Source of the DNA: Leucoraja ocellata
Taxonomy: Eukaryota
DNA length: 64,000 nt
Assembly: GCA_036785375.1 (NCBI GenBank)
Contig: JAWMAR010000748.1
Location: 62,001-126,000 of the forward strand
Reading direction: 5' to 3'
The notes below the pieces were generated by a model. That model searched no databases. It was not told where the DNA came from and saw only the letters and a program-made list of their open reading frames with translations. The position numbers and the translations under genes are program-made. Shown in pieces: positions 1-13,509 of this stretch (within the stretch, counting starts at the first letter, position 1; the number at the start of each line of letters is the position of its first letter).

Positions 1-655
1 AACGTACAAACTCCATACAGACAGCACTCCCTAGTCGGGATTGAACCTGGGTCTCCGGACTCTACCGCTGCTCCAACGTGCCGCCCATGAGTTTCTCAGC
101 ATTTTGTGTCTATTTGGGGAACTGAGCAGGTCAAACAGCATCTATGGAGGCAAAGTATCCACCGTCCTTTTGCTCCACACATGTTCAGCAGTTTTGTTTT
201 TTACTCCAGATTCCAGCATCTGCAGTTTTGTATCGCCACAAAGAGACATCTTCTTCTTCTTGCGTACAGCGTGCACAGCCTAAAGTTGTAGGACAACTTG
301 TTCTATTTGATCTTATTTCATTGTGCACACTGGGTTGATTGTATTCGTCGAAACAGGGCGGACCACGTGAAGGTGCAATCTCCCACCCCCACAAAGAGCC
401 ATGATTCTACTTAATGTGTCGGAAAGAACTGCAGATGCTGGTTTAAATCGAAGGTAGACACAAATGTTGGAGTAACTCAGCGGGACAGGCAGCATCTCTG
501 AAGAGAAGGAATGGGTGACGTTTCGGGTCAAGACCCTTCTTCAGACAGGTTCCACTTAATCATATTAAAACCACTAACTAAACATTTAATGAGCTCTCTG
601 AACAGCCAACTAAATATTTCAAACTATCTGGATAGTTTTAAAGGAAAACCTTTTT

Positions 656-962
656 GGGCAACACGGTGCCGCAGAGGTAGAGTTGCTGACTCACAGCGCC
701 GGGGACCCGTGTTCGATCCTGACTACGTTTGCTGTATGGAGTTTGTACGTTCTCCCCGTGACCTGTGTGGGCTTTCTCCGAGATATTCGGTTTCTTCCCA
801 CACTCCAAAAACGTACAGGTTTGTAGGTTAATTGGCTTGGTATGAATGTAAATTTGTCCCTAGTGTGTATAGGACAGTGTTAATGTGCGGGGATCGCTGG
901 TCAGTGCAGACCCAGTGGGCCGAAGGGCCTGTTTCCATGCTGTATCTCTAAAATAAACTAAA
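656..962 (+). mobile_element. tRNA-derived HE1/V-SINE-like element (representative; other copies near 2950, 11400, 27220, 28005, 37843, 47318, 49450, 54155, 60405, 61800, 63300)
   Basis: tRNA-like head with A/B boxes (GGTAGAG...GTTCGATCC), V-domain-like core (GGAGTTTGTACGTTCTCCCCGTG...TTCCCACACTCCAAA), CR1-like tail ending in (AAACT)n. Confidence 0.85.
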
Positions 963-1487
963 CTACACCAAAACTATAGGTAGACACAAAATGCTGGAGT
1001 AACTCAGTGGGACAGGCAGCATCTCTGAGAAAGAATGGGTGACGTTTCGAGTTGAACCCTTCTTCAGACCTCTTGACCCGAAACGTCACCCATTTTGTGT
1101 CCACCTTCGATTAAAAGCAGCATCTGCAGTCTTTCTTAAACCAAAAGTATTGCAGGTTGCGATCAAGGATGATTTCTCTCCAGTCTATGAGTGGTGATTT
1201 CTGTCAACTACTAGTTTCACGGCCATGATTCATCTCCTTTCATAATCTCGATATCCCCAACCACTTTGGAGTAAATTAAGGACCTCTGAAGTGTGGTCAA
1301 GCTGGGGAGAAGACAGGAACGGGGTACTGATTGGGGATGATAAGCCATGATCACATTGAATGGCGATGCTGGCTCGAAGGCCGAATGGCCTAACTCCTGC
1401 ACCTATTGTCTATTGCAATGTGGGAAATGCAGCATGTAAAGTATCACAAAATCAATTGAGATAGATGAGTAGATTTTTAATTTTAAT

Positions 1488-1493
1488 TTTATT
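1488..1493 (-). terminator. Candidate POLM polyadenylation signal AATAAA
   Basis: First AATAAA noticed on the minus strand downstream of the stop (~520 nt). No transcript evidence. Confidence 0.3.
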
Positions 1494-2012
1494 TTCCCCT
1501 TTATGTTAGAAAAGTTTACAAGGCCACTATCTTGGGAAGATTTTTCCTTACCATGGCACCCTGGGATATTTTATGTGTGGATGAGGAAGACATGATCACA
1601 AATTTACAGTAGCTCTGTCAGTGCATTAATCTCACAATGCAAAGGTAGACACAATATGCTGGGGTAACTCAGCGGGTGAGGCAGCATCTACGGAGAGAAG
1701 GAATGGGTGACGTTTCAGGTCTGCCTCACCCGCTGAGCTACCCCAGCATTTTGTGCCTACCTTCGATTTTATCCAGCATCTGGAGTTCTTTCTCAATGCA
1801 AACTTGGATTGTGTGTTCTTTGAGTTGGAGTCGACTCCAGAGATTTGATAGTGAGGGGGATCCCATTCAACAACTGACACACATTCAGACAGAGATGGGT
1901 GAATGTCCAGCTTTTACCCAGTTTAAAGTGATGATAACAGTGCAATAAATATCTTTGTCCAAGGCCTTTCATTCAGGTGCTCTGCGTGTTTCTACAGTGT
2001 GAACTCAGCTGA

Positions 2013-2099
2013 TCAAGCATTCCTCTCCTGTGGTGGAATGTACTCCAATCCAAAATGTGCAAAGATTTCTTCTTCTGTGGTAGCTGGCAAATATATATT
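2013..2099 (-). CDS. POLM: DNA polymerase mu, last coding exon 11
   Basis: ctttatttcAG|NIYLPATTEEEIFAHFGLEYIPPQERNA* (TGA 2015-2013); canonical Pol mu/TdT C-terminus (EEEIF...ERNA). Confidence 0.94.
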   Translation of the reverse strand, partial: NIYLPATTEEEIFAHFGLEYIPPQERNA

Positions 2100-2285
2100 C
2101 TGAAATAAAGAAGAAATGTATTCTGAAATATGGAAGATAAATTCTGTTTAAACAATTAGCATTATTTACAAAAGTCAGAAAAATAGCAAAAAAATATATG
2201 AAAGTTCTATATGGCGAGGATGTTTCCAGTAGTGAGAGAGTCTAGGATCAGAGAGCATAGCCTTAAAATAAAGGACATTGTTTTA

Positions 2286-2511
2286 AGGGCCTGTCCCACT
2301 TTGTGATTCTGCCAACGGCATTTCAATGTCGTCGCTCGATTTTGAACATTTCAAAATCGAGCAGTGACAAAAAAAATGTTGCGACACTTGAAAAAGCACC
2401 GCGCGCCATACATCATCACGCCACATCACACCGCGTAATTTTCAGTGACCTAATACGTCAGGCAATGATGCCGGCAGTCGCCGAAAAAAATCGGCAAGTG
2501 GGACAGGCCCT
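2286..2511. mobile_element. PIF/Harbinger-type MITE
   Basis: TIR AGGGCCTGTCCCACTT, TTA duplication; inserted in a CR1. Confidence 0.82.
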
Positions 2512-4051
2512 TTAGAATGAAGAAGAGGAGGAATGTCTTTAGCCGGAGGGCGGCAAATCTGTGGAATTCATTGCCACAGACGGTTGTGGAGGCCAAGCCA
2601 TTGGGTATGTTAAAAGCAGAGATTAATAAGTTCTTGTTTAAGGGCATCAAAGTTTATGGGGAGAGAATGGCAGGAGAATGGGGTTGAGAGGGTAAAATAG
2701 ATCAGACATGATCAAATGACAGAGCAGACTCAATGGGCCGAATGGCCTAATTCTGCTCCTATTTCTTATGAACTGACTTCACCTTTAAGAAAGTTTACTC
2801 TTAAAATGTGATGTCACCTCCTGGAATGCCAAAGCCTTTCCACCGTCTGCAAGATTGTAATGTGATGCACACACTCCACTTGCCAAGATGAGTGCAGCTC
2901 CGATGATATACAAGAAGCTCGTGAATATGCTAGGACAAAGGAACTCATTCACCATCCCAAACATTCCCCCCCCCCCCCCACAGTGCGCACTGTCACAAAA
3001 ATGCCACACAGCGGCACACCCTCAATGCCAGAGACACAGATTCAATCCAGACCTCAGGTGCTGTCTGCATGGAGTTTGCAAGTTCCATCTGTGATTGCGC
3101 AGGGGATTTCCGGCTTTGTACCATATGCCCAAGATGTGTGGGTTTGTTAGTTAATTGGCCGATGTCAAATGGTCCCCAATGTAAAGCGATGGATGAGAAA
3201 GTGGGATCATTTAGAACTGGTGATCGGACCGATGGTTGTCATGGACTCGGTGGGCTGATGAGGCTGTTTCCACGCCACCACTCTAAACTAAACTCAAATG
3301 CACCGCAGTTACTCACCCTGCATTGCCTCATCTCAATACCACTCTCCTCAAGAAGGCGGAGAACACCTAACACAAGCCATCCACACTCTTGGCTCCAAGT
3401 TACACAGCAACCTCACTCAGTCACACACTGCTGTACCTTCATTGTTCGTAAGGCAAAGGAGCAGTATGACGCCATTCGGCCCTTCCAGTCTACTCTGACA
3501 TTCAATCATGGGTGTTCTATCTTTCCCTCTCAATCGCTTTTTCCTGCCTTCTCCCCATAACTTTTGACATACTAATTAATCAAGAACCTGTCCGTCTCAG
3601 CTTTGAAAATACCCAATTAATTGGCCTCCTGTGCAATGAATTCCAGATTCACTACCCACTGACTAAAGAAATGTCTCCTCATCTCTTTTCTCAAGGTACA
3701 TACTTTTATTCTCAGGCTGTGACCGCTGGTCCTCGACTCTCCCACTAGTGACATGCAAGTGGGTGGTATTGTGGATAGTGAAGATGGTTGTCAAAGATTG
3801 CAGCAGGATCTTGATCGGTTAGGCAGATGGGTTGAGGAATGCTTGATGGAATGTGAGGTATTGCATCTTGGGAACACTAACATGGGCCAGACCTACACAG
3901 TGGATGGTACTGTAGGTCTCTGGGGAGCGTTGTAGAGCAGAGGGATCTCGGAGTACAGGTACATAGTTTGTTGAAAGTGGCACCACAGGTACATCAGGTG
4001 GTCAAAAAGGGCTTTGGCATATTGGCCTTCATCAGTCAGAGTATTGAGTAT

Positions 4052-4242
4052 GGAATGTTTAAGAAGGAACTGCAGATGCTGGAAAATCGAAGGTACACAA
4101 AAATGCTGGAGAAACTCAGCGGGTGCAGCAGCATCTATGGAGCGAAGGAAATAGGCAACGTTTCGGCCCGAAAAGTTGCCTATTTCCTTCGCTCCATAGA
4201 TGCTGCTGCACCCGCTGAGTTTCTCCAGCATTTTTGTGTACC
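4052..4242. mobile_element. Penelope-derived fold-back short insertion with 10-bp TSD
   Basis: Near-perfect ~70-bp inverted arms with the apex at the hammerhead helix II sequence; TSD TATTGAGTAT at 4042-4051 and 4243-4252; interrupts a CR1. Confidence 0.88.
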
Positions 4243-5606
4243 TATTGAGTATAGAAGTTGGGAGGTCATGTTGCAGTTGTATGTGACATCGGCGAGGCAA
4301 TACATATAGAGTATTGTGTTCATTTCTGGGCACCATGTTAAAGGAAAGATATTGTCAAACTGTAAAGGGTGCAGAGAAGGTAGACACAAAATGCTGGATA
4401 ACTCAGCGGGTCAGGCAGCATCTCTGGAGAGAAGGGATGGGTGATGTTTCGGGTTGAGACCGTTCATGTTGAGAGGAAGAGAACTTCTTCAAAGTCGGCA
4501 TACCGTGAGGAGATTTCGCATTGGAGCGGACAAAATGTGTTGGAAAGAACTGCAGATGCTGGTTTAAATCGAAGGTAGACCAGGGTGCAGAGAAGATCTA
4601 CGAGGATGTTGCCAGGGCCCGAGGGCCTGATCTATAGGGAGAGGTTGAGCAGACTAGTACTCTATTCCTTGGAGTGCAGGATGGTGAGTGATGATCTTAT
4701 AGAGATGTTCAAAATCATGAGAGAATTAGATCGGGTAGTTGCACAGGGTCTCTTGCCCAGAGTAGAGGAATCGAGGATGAGAGGTTTAAGGTGAGGGTGA
4801 AAAGATTTAATAGGAATCTGAGGAGTAACTTTATCACACAAAGAGTGGTGGGTGTAGAGATCAAGCTGCCGGAGGAGGTAGTTGAGGCAGGTACTATTGC
4901 AACATTTAACATTTAGACAGGTACATGGATAGGACAGGTTTAGATGGATATGGGCCAAACACAGGCAGGTGGGACTAGTGTAGATTGGATATGTTGGGCG
5001 GTGTGGGCATGTTGGGCCAAAGAGCCTGTTTCCACGCTGTATGACTCTAGTGGAGACAACCTTCCCACTTCCACTCTATGCAGGCCTTTCACTATTTGGT
5101 AAGTTCCAATGAGGTCCTCTCATCCTTCTAAACTCCAGCGATTACAGGCACAATCTTAGCTAAATCTTGGAACTCCCTACACTAACAGTGAGGAAGCCCC
5201 TTTACCAGAACTGCTCACCAACAACTATCAAGGGCTACTGAGGCTGGGAAACTAACATAGGCCTCGCCAGCTATGTCCAGATCCCAAAAAGTGAGTTAAA
5301 ACACTGTGCTGACATGTTACCTGACTACAGAACTCAAGTCCTTTTTTACTTGCCTCATTTTGTGGTTTAATTAATGATGAAAAATGCTCCTTGTTTAAAC
5401 TCAACTAATTCACGTACTAGTACGCAGTAGGTCAGCACCCAAAACCAACTCTCCTCAGTCCCGTTCCCACTCTTAGGTTTAGATTTATTATTGTCACATG
5501 TACTGAGGTACAGTGAATAGGTTTGTTGTGCTTGCTGTCCAGTCAGCCCAGATAACTCTACACATAAAGACAAATGAAGCCAAACTCAAGTACAATAGGT
5601 GGAGTG

Positions 5607-5731
5607 GGGGTGGGAGATTGCAACCTTCACGTGGCCCGCCCTGTTTCGACGGATGCAATCAACCCGGCGTGCACAATCAAATAGAACAAGTTGTCCCACA
5701 ACTTTAGGCCGTGCACGCCATACGCAAGAAG
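5607..5731 (+). mobile_element. Short retroposed repeat with (GAA)n tail (other copies 249-391 and, split, 28820-29917)
   Basis: Ends TACGCAAGAAG; 13-bp TSD AATAGGTGGAGTG at 5594-5606 and 5732-5744. Confidence 0.75.
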
Positions 5732-6539
5732 AATAGGTGGAGTGTAGGGAAAGTTACCTTTCTCAGCGTTATAATGCATCAGCTCCAGAGACAAAGTCCA
5801 ATGTCCGCAATGGGCTAGAGGAGAATCGGACAGTACCCTATCTTATGGATGGACCATCTAGAAGCCTGATAACAGAGGGGGAAGAAGCTGGTGTGGTATG
5901 CGCTTTCAAGCTTCTGCCCAATGGGAGTAGGGAGATAGAATGACTGGGGTGGGAAAGGACTGGAGATAGATGGAGTTAGTAGTTATTCCCCTAAAACCCT
6001 GCAATTAATCTCTCCCAAGCTCATCAACACTCATTTGATTTGTTTACTTTTTGCCTACACGAGCAGAAATTTGATGTGGCCAATTCACCTACTAGCAATA
6101 GAAACATGGAAGCGGGGTCGTGACCTGAAACGTCACCTGCCCGGGTTCTCCAGGGATGCTGCCTCACTCGGCGAGTTACTGCAGCATTTTGTGTCTACCC
6201 TACTAACAGTCTTTGGGATGTGGTTGGAAATCGGAACAGCCAGGGGTGACCCACGCCGTCATGGTGAGAAGATGCAGACTCAACATGCTGTGAGCACGGG
6301 AGGTCAGGATTGAAGCGTTCTTGTTGTGGGGCTGTGAGGGAGTGTGACTAACTGCAGCATCACATGTGTCACCCAACAGCAACATGGAAAATGCAGAGGG
6401 GCACATTATCTGCCCTCTGGGTGGTGCGATTCACTTCATGTGGTGACACCACATGGCAGCACAAGCTTAACGTTACTTAGGATCACACAGCAGCAAGCAG
6501 GCCAGACACTCCATCTTGTCCAAACTGCAACACAGACAC

Positions 6540-6700
6540 AGACAATCAGCATCTCACAGTCAGACAGTCAGCATCTCAGACAGTCAGCGTCTCAGACAGT
6601 CAGCGTCTCAGACAGTCAGCGTCTCAGACAGTCAGCGTCTCACAGTCAGCATCTCACAGTCAGCATCTCACAGTCAGCATCTCACAGTCAGACAGTCACC
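6540..6700. repeat. 14/16-bp minisatellite (CAGTCAGCRTCTCA[GA])
   Basis: About 10 tandem degenerate units in POLM intron 10. Confidence 0.9.
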
Positions 6701-6777
6701 ATCTGAGTCAGCTGGGTGGATTCCCCTCCTTTAACCCTGTTTGGCAGGCCGAGAGAGAAGCTTAGATTACTTCCTAC

Positions 6778-6861
6778 CTGCTCATTGTCAAACAAAGAAT
6801 GGCTGCTGAGACTCATGTTCTTTACGTGCTTGGCATATCTGCGCAGGTCTCGTTCGAAGAG
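6778..6861 (-). CDS. POLM: DNA polymerase mu, coding exon 10 (thumb)
   Basis: LFERDLRRYAKHVKNMSLSSHSLFDNEQ; AG/GT boundaries; 84 nt. Confidence 0.93.
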
Positions 6862-7623
6862 CTGCAAGACAGCAGGAAACAAGCCATTTAAAATTACATT
6901 CAAAACGGAGTTATTCCCTAACAAGTTGAATAAATCTCTGCACCTGTTTCACTACATTTCCAGAATCTACACTTTGTTCCCTTTTTATTCCAACCATTTA
7001 GTAGTCTAAAGAAGGGTTTTGTCCCGAAACATCACCCATTCCTTCTCTGCTGCCTGTCCCTCTGAGTTACTCCAGCATTCTGTGTTTATCTTCAGTGTAA
7101 ACCAGTGTCTGCAGTTCCTTCCTACACATTTAATAGTCTTGGACAGATTGCGTTTTGGGTTGGGAAATGTCTTCTGTGTCGAGAAACCAAAATGTGGTCT
7201 GTCCATTCCCTCCATGGGTGCTGCCTGACCCACCGAGTTCCTCCAGCACTTTGTTTATTGCTCAGGTTTCCAGCATCTGCAGGCTACAGGGTCCCCAGTT
7301 GCCAGCCATCCATCAACCCCTGCTCATGTAGTGCCCTAGCTTTAATAAAATAGTTAATCTTCAGCTAAAAACAGAAGCCCTTTTAGAAGAGATGTGCATA
7401 TTACATTCAAATGGTATCTCCTGGGTGTCTGCTGGCATGTATGAGGAGTGCTGATCCAGTCTGGAGTTTCCCGACATTCCAGCTCATATCAAGCAACTCA
7501 TTTCAGAAGGATGTGCAGGAAAGAACTGGTTTACATCAAAGACAGACGCAAAATGCTGGAGTAACTCAGCGGGACAGGCAGCATCTATGGAGAAGGAATG
7601 GGTGACGTTTCAGGTCAAGACCT

Positions 7624-7651
7624 CTGAAGAAGGGTCTCGACCCGAAACGTC
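7624..7651 (+). ncRNA. Minimal type-I hammerhead ribozyme motif (Penelope-associated)
   Basis: CUGAAGA-A-GGGU[CUCG]ACCC-GAAA-CG-UC; intact cores also occur on the minus strand at 517-544 and 20432-20459. Confidence 0.6.
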
Positions 7652-7853
7652 ATCCATTCCTTCTCTCCAGAGATGCTGCCTGTCCCGCTGAGTTACTCCA
7701 GCATTTTGTGTCTATCTTCATTTCAGAAGGTTGGTCCCCGAACGGAAACATCCTCTCCATGTTCCCCAGAGATGCCACCTGACCTGAATAGATCAATCTA
7801 TTTCAGAAATGAAGAATTTGGTTTACGTACTCTGAAATAAACCGGGGTGTTTA

Positions 7854-8267
<414 letters not shown>

Positions 8268-8737
8268 TCACCGTGAGAAATATCTGACTTGTTGATAACT
8301 TTCATTAAGAATCTGGCTGTTTGGGTGAATGGGATTCAGCAACAATACTTCTTAAGCTGTGTTAATAATTCTACAAGACTTTCATTATTAACTTTGCTTT
8401 GCAACCCATTCCTTCAAATCTTCTTCAACAAATCTTAACATGAAGATAGTTGGGGGAAAAAGCATACACAAAACATTAAAATCAAGAGGTTTTTCAGGCT
8501 TTGACACCGTTACTAAAAGTGAGGCACAAATTGAGTGCAGAATCAGGGGGGACATAGTTGCAGAAAGTTGCTGAGATGATGCGAGTTTTACTCTTAAATG
8601 CTTTGAGAGATCAGAGGAAGGTGCAGGTCACCAGTGATGCTCAGCAAGGTTGTAATTTTGACCGGCATGTTTTAAACAGTTTGGAGCTTGATTAGGATGT
8701 TAAGACTGGACAGGTAAGTGAAAATTATCAAGACTTA

Positions 8738-9045
8738 TGGGCCTGTCCTACTTACCCGATTTTTTTGGCGACTGCCGGCACCCCGTCATAGGTCGTTACA
8801 GGTTGCCGGAAAGTTTCAACATGTTGAAAATCCAGCGGCGACCAGAACAGGTTACGACTCTTTTGGCGACTACTCACGACCATACAGGCTTCACCCCGCG
8901 ACATGTCGCCAGTAGTCGTGAGTCGTCTCCTCAGTCGCCCAAAGAGTCGTAGCGTCTTTCCATGTTGAAAATTCTCGGCGACCTGCAACGACCTATGACA
9001 GGTGCCGGTAGTCACCGAAAAGGTCGCGTAAGTGGGACAGGTCCA
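8738..9045. mobile_element. PIF/Harbinger-type MITE (same family)
   Basis: TIR (T)GGGCCTGTCC(T/C)ACTTA, TTA/TAA flanks, long internal palindromy. Confidence 0.8.
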
Positions 9046-9852
9046 TAAAGATAACAAGAGCACAGATAAGATTCCTTGCTGCACAGGAATAGATATGGCA
9101 GTCAGTGATGTTATGGAGGTGAGTATAAGTATTGAGAAATAGAAAGAGGACGTTTGGAGTGAAGGTTATGATTAAACTAGGTTTCACCTACACTAATTCA
9201 GCTCAAGAAAGGGGGCAAGGAGGTGAGGACAGAAATTAGGAATAAAGTTTGTGGAAAACAACAAAAGCATGGCTTTTGCGGCCATCCTAACATCAATCAG
9301 TTATGTTAAAGTCAGTCACACTGCACAGAAATAGGCCCTTCGGCCCAACCTGTCCATGTTGACCAGGATGCCCCATCTACCGTAGTCACACCTGCCCATA
9401 TCCCTCTAAACTTTTCCCATCCATATACCTTCTCCAAATGTCTTTTAAATGTTGTGATAGTACCTGCATCAACTACCTCCTCTGGCAGCTCCTTCCATAC
9501 ACTCACCACCACCCTGCTAAGATTTGTAGGATAACTTCAACCAAAATGGTGGACTAAAGATAAAGCAGATCAAAAATTAAGAGGCGGGGCGATATCCTAT
9601 TATATACCACCAAGTTATTACTCGAGATGAGTAGAGTTCGGCAATATTATCCAGAATAGATTAAATCACAATCAAGGGAATTTTAAAAATGAGCAAAAAT
9701 ACAGTGGGACAAATCTGAAGAAGGGCAACACAGGGGTGCAGCGGGAGAGTTGCTGTCTCACAGCTCCGGAAACCCGGGTTCAATCCTGACTACGGGTGCT
9801 GTCTGAGCGGCGTTTGTACATTCTCCATGTGACCGCGTAGGTTTTCTCCGGA

Positions 9853-10461
9853 TAGAAACATAGAAATTAGGTGCAGGAGTAGGCCATTCAGCCCTTCGAG
9901 CCTGCACCGCCATTCAATATGATCATGGCTGATCATCCAACTCAGTATCCCGTACCTGCCTTCTCTCCATACCCTCTGATCCCCTTAGCCACAAGGGCCA
10001 CATCGAACTCCCTCTTAAATATAGCCAATGAACTGGCCTCGACTACCCTCTGCGGCAGAGAGTTCCAGAGATTCACCACTCTCTGTGTGAAAAAAGTTCT
10101 TCTCATCTCGGTTTTAAAGGATTTCCCCCTTATCCTTAAGCTGTGACCCCTTGTCCTGGACTTCCCCAACATCGGGAGCAATCTTCCTGCATCTAGCCTG
10201 TCCAACCCCTTAAGAATTTTGTAAGTTTCTATAAGATCCCCTCTCAATCTCCTAAATTCTAGAGAGTATAAACCAAGTCTATCCAGTCTTTCTTCATAAG
10301 ACAGTCCTGACATCCCAGGAATCAGTCTGGTGAACCTTCTCTGTACTCCCTCTATGGTAATAATGTCCTTCCTCAGATTTGGAGACCAAAACTGTACGCA
10401 ATACTCCAGGTGTGGTCTCACCAAGACCCTGTACAACTGCAGTAGAACCTCCCTGCTCCTA
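9853..10461 (-). mobile_element. 5'-truncated CR1 LINE inserted into an HE1-like SINE (9724-10650)
   Basis: RPHLEYCVQFWSP...RLRGDLIETYKI...VVNLWNSLP; the SINE halves rejoin on either side. Confidence 0.88.
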
Positions 10462-11150
10462 AATGCTCCGGTTTCCTCCCACATTCCAAACATGTGCAGG
10501 TTTGTAGGTTAATTAGCTTTTGAAAATTGTCCCTAGTGTGTGGGGTAGAACAAGAGTATGGTTGATCTTTGGTCGGCATGGAGACGGTGGGCCGATGAGC
10601 CAATTTCTACATTGTTTCTCCAAACTAAACTAAAAAAGTAAACTAAGATAATTTTGCACAATTTAATCCCCAACTAAGCGTGCTGCTCCACAGGGAGAAT
10701 GTACACACTCCGTACAGACAAGCACCCCTAGTCAGGGTCAAACCCAGGTCTCTGGAGTTGTAAGGCTGTAGTTCTACCTCATTGCAGCCATTGGACTTTA
10801 TCTCAGGAACTGGTGCCGAGAACTGTATTTTGCACTCTGTATCTTCCCCTTTACTCTAGGTATTTGACGATAATATTCTGATTTAATTGGACTGTATATA
10901 AAACAGAGCTATTCACCATACCTCTGTACACATGACGATAATACACCTAAACAGACTCTAAATTTACAGTGTATTTCGCAGCATGCTCTTCACAAGCTTT
11001 GGGATTATTAACTCATTTCAAGGAAAGATTGGATCTCACTCCCTTGGATGTGGCTATAGAATAGTTTGGATATGCTTCCAGGTCAAGGTGGATGAACTTT
11101 CAATTATCCACTGGACATTGCCAATGTTAGTAAAAATCTACCAGTCCTAC

Positions 11151-11253
11151 CTTGGTGGTCATCCAATTAACCACTTGGTAAATAATACCCTCCTCTTTGC
11201 CTTCGTCTGGGTGGGTTATGAGAAGATCAACGTCGTGACCACACTCCTTCCCC
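11151..11253 (-). CDS. POLM: DNA polymerase mu, coding exon 8 (catalytic DxD)
   Basis: GKECGHDVDLLITHPDEGKEEGIIYQVVNWMTTK; catalytic GHDVD with the conserved His; LITHPxEGxE is Pol mu-like; 103 nt, phase 2 to 0. Confidence 0.94.
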
Positions 11254-12251
11254 CTGATGAATACAATTGAACACAAAACCAATTAGGAAACTGAAAGGCG
11301 TATCCAAATTAATAGACAAATCTCTTTCTATGGAGGAAAGACAAAAAGATAATGAAGTGAACCATTTAATAATAGTGTTGTTTTCAAATGACTTTAGTTT
11401 TGTTTAGAGAAACATCACAGAAAAAGGCCCTTCAACCCATCAAATCTGCAACGACCAGCGATCCCTGTACATCACCTCTACCCAACACACACTTGGATCA
11501 ATTTTTACATTGTAAAAATATTCATACCAAGGCAATTAACCTACAAACTTGTACGTCTTTGAGGTGTGGGAGGAAACTGAAGATCTTGGAATAAAACCCA
11601 CGCAGGTTACAGGGTGAACGTACAAACTCTGTACAGACAGCACCCGTGGTCAGGATCGAACCCGGTCTCTGGCGCTGTGAGGTAGTAGCTCTAACACCAC
11701 CATAATGTTGTTTAGAATGGGATCAGTGGTTGCTGACACTGCTAACAAGGCACACTATTCATGGTGATTCCAAATGGCATTTCCCACACAGCTTCATTTA
11801 CTCCAGTTCCCCTTAGAAACATAGAAACATACAAAAATAGGTGCAGGAATAGGCCATTCGGCCCTTCGAGCCTGCACTGCCATTCAATATGATCATGGCT
11901 GATCACCCAACTCAGTATCCTGTACCTGCCTTCTCTCCATACCTCCTGCTCCCTTTAGCCACAAGGGCCACATCTAACTCCCTCTTAAATATAGCCAATG
12001 AACTGGCCTCAACTACATTCTGTGGCAGAGAATAGTAAGATTAAACGAGAACTTACCAGTTTGAAGTTTGATCTGTATTTTATGAGGAGGAACGTTGAGG
12101 GAATACGTGAAGAAGCCCGCTTACGGCGCATGCGTGTCATCCTTCAAAGCAGCGGTGTGAGGTCACAGATACACTATAATGACCTAAAATAGCAAGATTA
12201 TTAAAGAGATACCAGTTTAAGATATGACCATATGAGGGTGGGAGCGGAGGG

Positions 12252-12364
12252 CACGTATTCCCTCAACGTTCCTCCTCATAAAATACAGATCAAACTTCAA
12301 ACTGGTAAGTTCTCGTTTAATCTTACTATTTTACTTCGGAGTCACGTGAGTGACTACGTGAAGA
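12252..12364. repeat. DIRS internal complementary region (ICR)
   Basis: 12252-12327 is the reverse complement of 12034-12109; ATT at 12328-12330; 12331-12364 is the reverse complement of 17121-17154. Together these reproduce the circular junction exactly. Confidence 0.93.
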
Positions 12365-12544
12365 TTTCAAAGCTCTGTGACCTCACGCCGTGGAACGAGT
12401 CCATGCTTCACAACTGCCTTGGTAGTTTGGGAGAAATTGTTAATGATATTCAACAAAAAAAACATTGATACCAATTATTTAACGTAACAATAAATAATAT
12501 TTATTAATTCAAATCATAAACCCTTGTTCTTCAGGGATAAATTA

Positions 12545-13492
12545 TCATACAGAACTTAAAAGTTTCCCCGAAAACGTTGCTATACTGCTAACTGGTTTAT
12601 TATAAAATTTTTGAAACGTCTTCTCCGACGACCATCCTGCAATCCTGAGGATTTGGTCCATGGATACATCAAGGCGTTTTGCTGCGGATGTAGCTGCCGC
12701 CCTGGTGGAGTGAGATTTAAATATATTAGTGTCCACTCCCGCCTTTGTTAACCCATATTTCAGCCACCGTGAAATGGTCTGAGTAGACACCCTATGGTAT
12801 GGTTTCTTATAGCTGATTAACAGCCCCATTTCCTTGCCTCTGATAGCCTTTGTCCGTTCAATATATAACAAAATGTGTTTCACTATACAGAGGCGTTCGT
12901 CCTCCGGGTAGGCCAGAAATTCTATGACCTGCCCCGCTGATCCTGGTCTATTTTGTTTAATAAGGTCCTGGATCACAAAAACCAAACGTCCTGCCGCCAT
13001 AGTCAAGCCATCCAGTCTTAATTTTTGCAATGACTGGACCCTTTGTGCTGTGACCAGTGCCATCAGCATGACCATTTTTCTAGTTAAAGTGTCCAGAGTT
13101 AATGCTGTAGCCGGCGACCAATTCCTTAGCATGTTGAGGACCACACTTACATCCCAGATCTGGTTATATCTTGGTTTGGGTGGCCTGGTGTTAAAAATGC
13201 CTCTTAAAAGTTTAACTACCAGCGGATGTGATCCCACTGATTGACTTTCTGTTCCTTGCCACAAAAAGGTTGATAATGCACTTCTGGCACTATTCACAGT
13301 GCTGTAACTAAGTCATTCATAGTGCAGACTGGTGAGAAACTCTAGCACTGCCGGAACATTCTTATTTCTGTGGTCCAGATGATTATTATGGCAGTAATTA
13401 ATCCATTTCCTAATATGACTTAAATATTGCTTTTGTGTTGAGCTTCTTTGTGCTGCTGTGATCATGTCCACAGTTCATTTTGATAGCCCCAT
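12545..13492 (-). pseudogene. DIRS tyrosine recombinase ORF (316 codons) with two premature TGA stops
   Basis: ATG 13492; in-frame TGA at 13477-13475 and 13315-13313. The catalytic signature remains: TAQR, HSTR, AGW, FQKFY. Confidence 0.88.
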
Positions 13493-13509
13493 GTCCCGTA
13501 GTGGTTCTT

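Noticed and set aside
656-730. tRNA genes
   Set aside because: The tRNA-like A/B-box heads continue into SINE bodies and tails and do not form complete cloverleaves.
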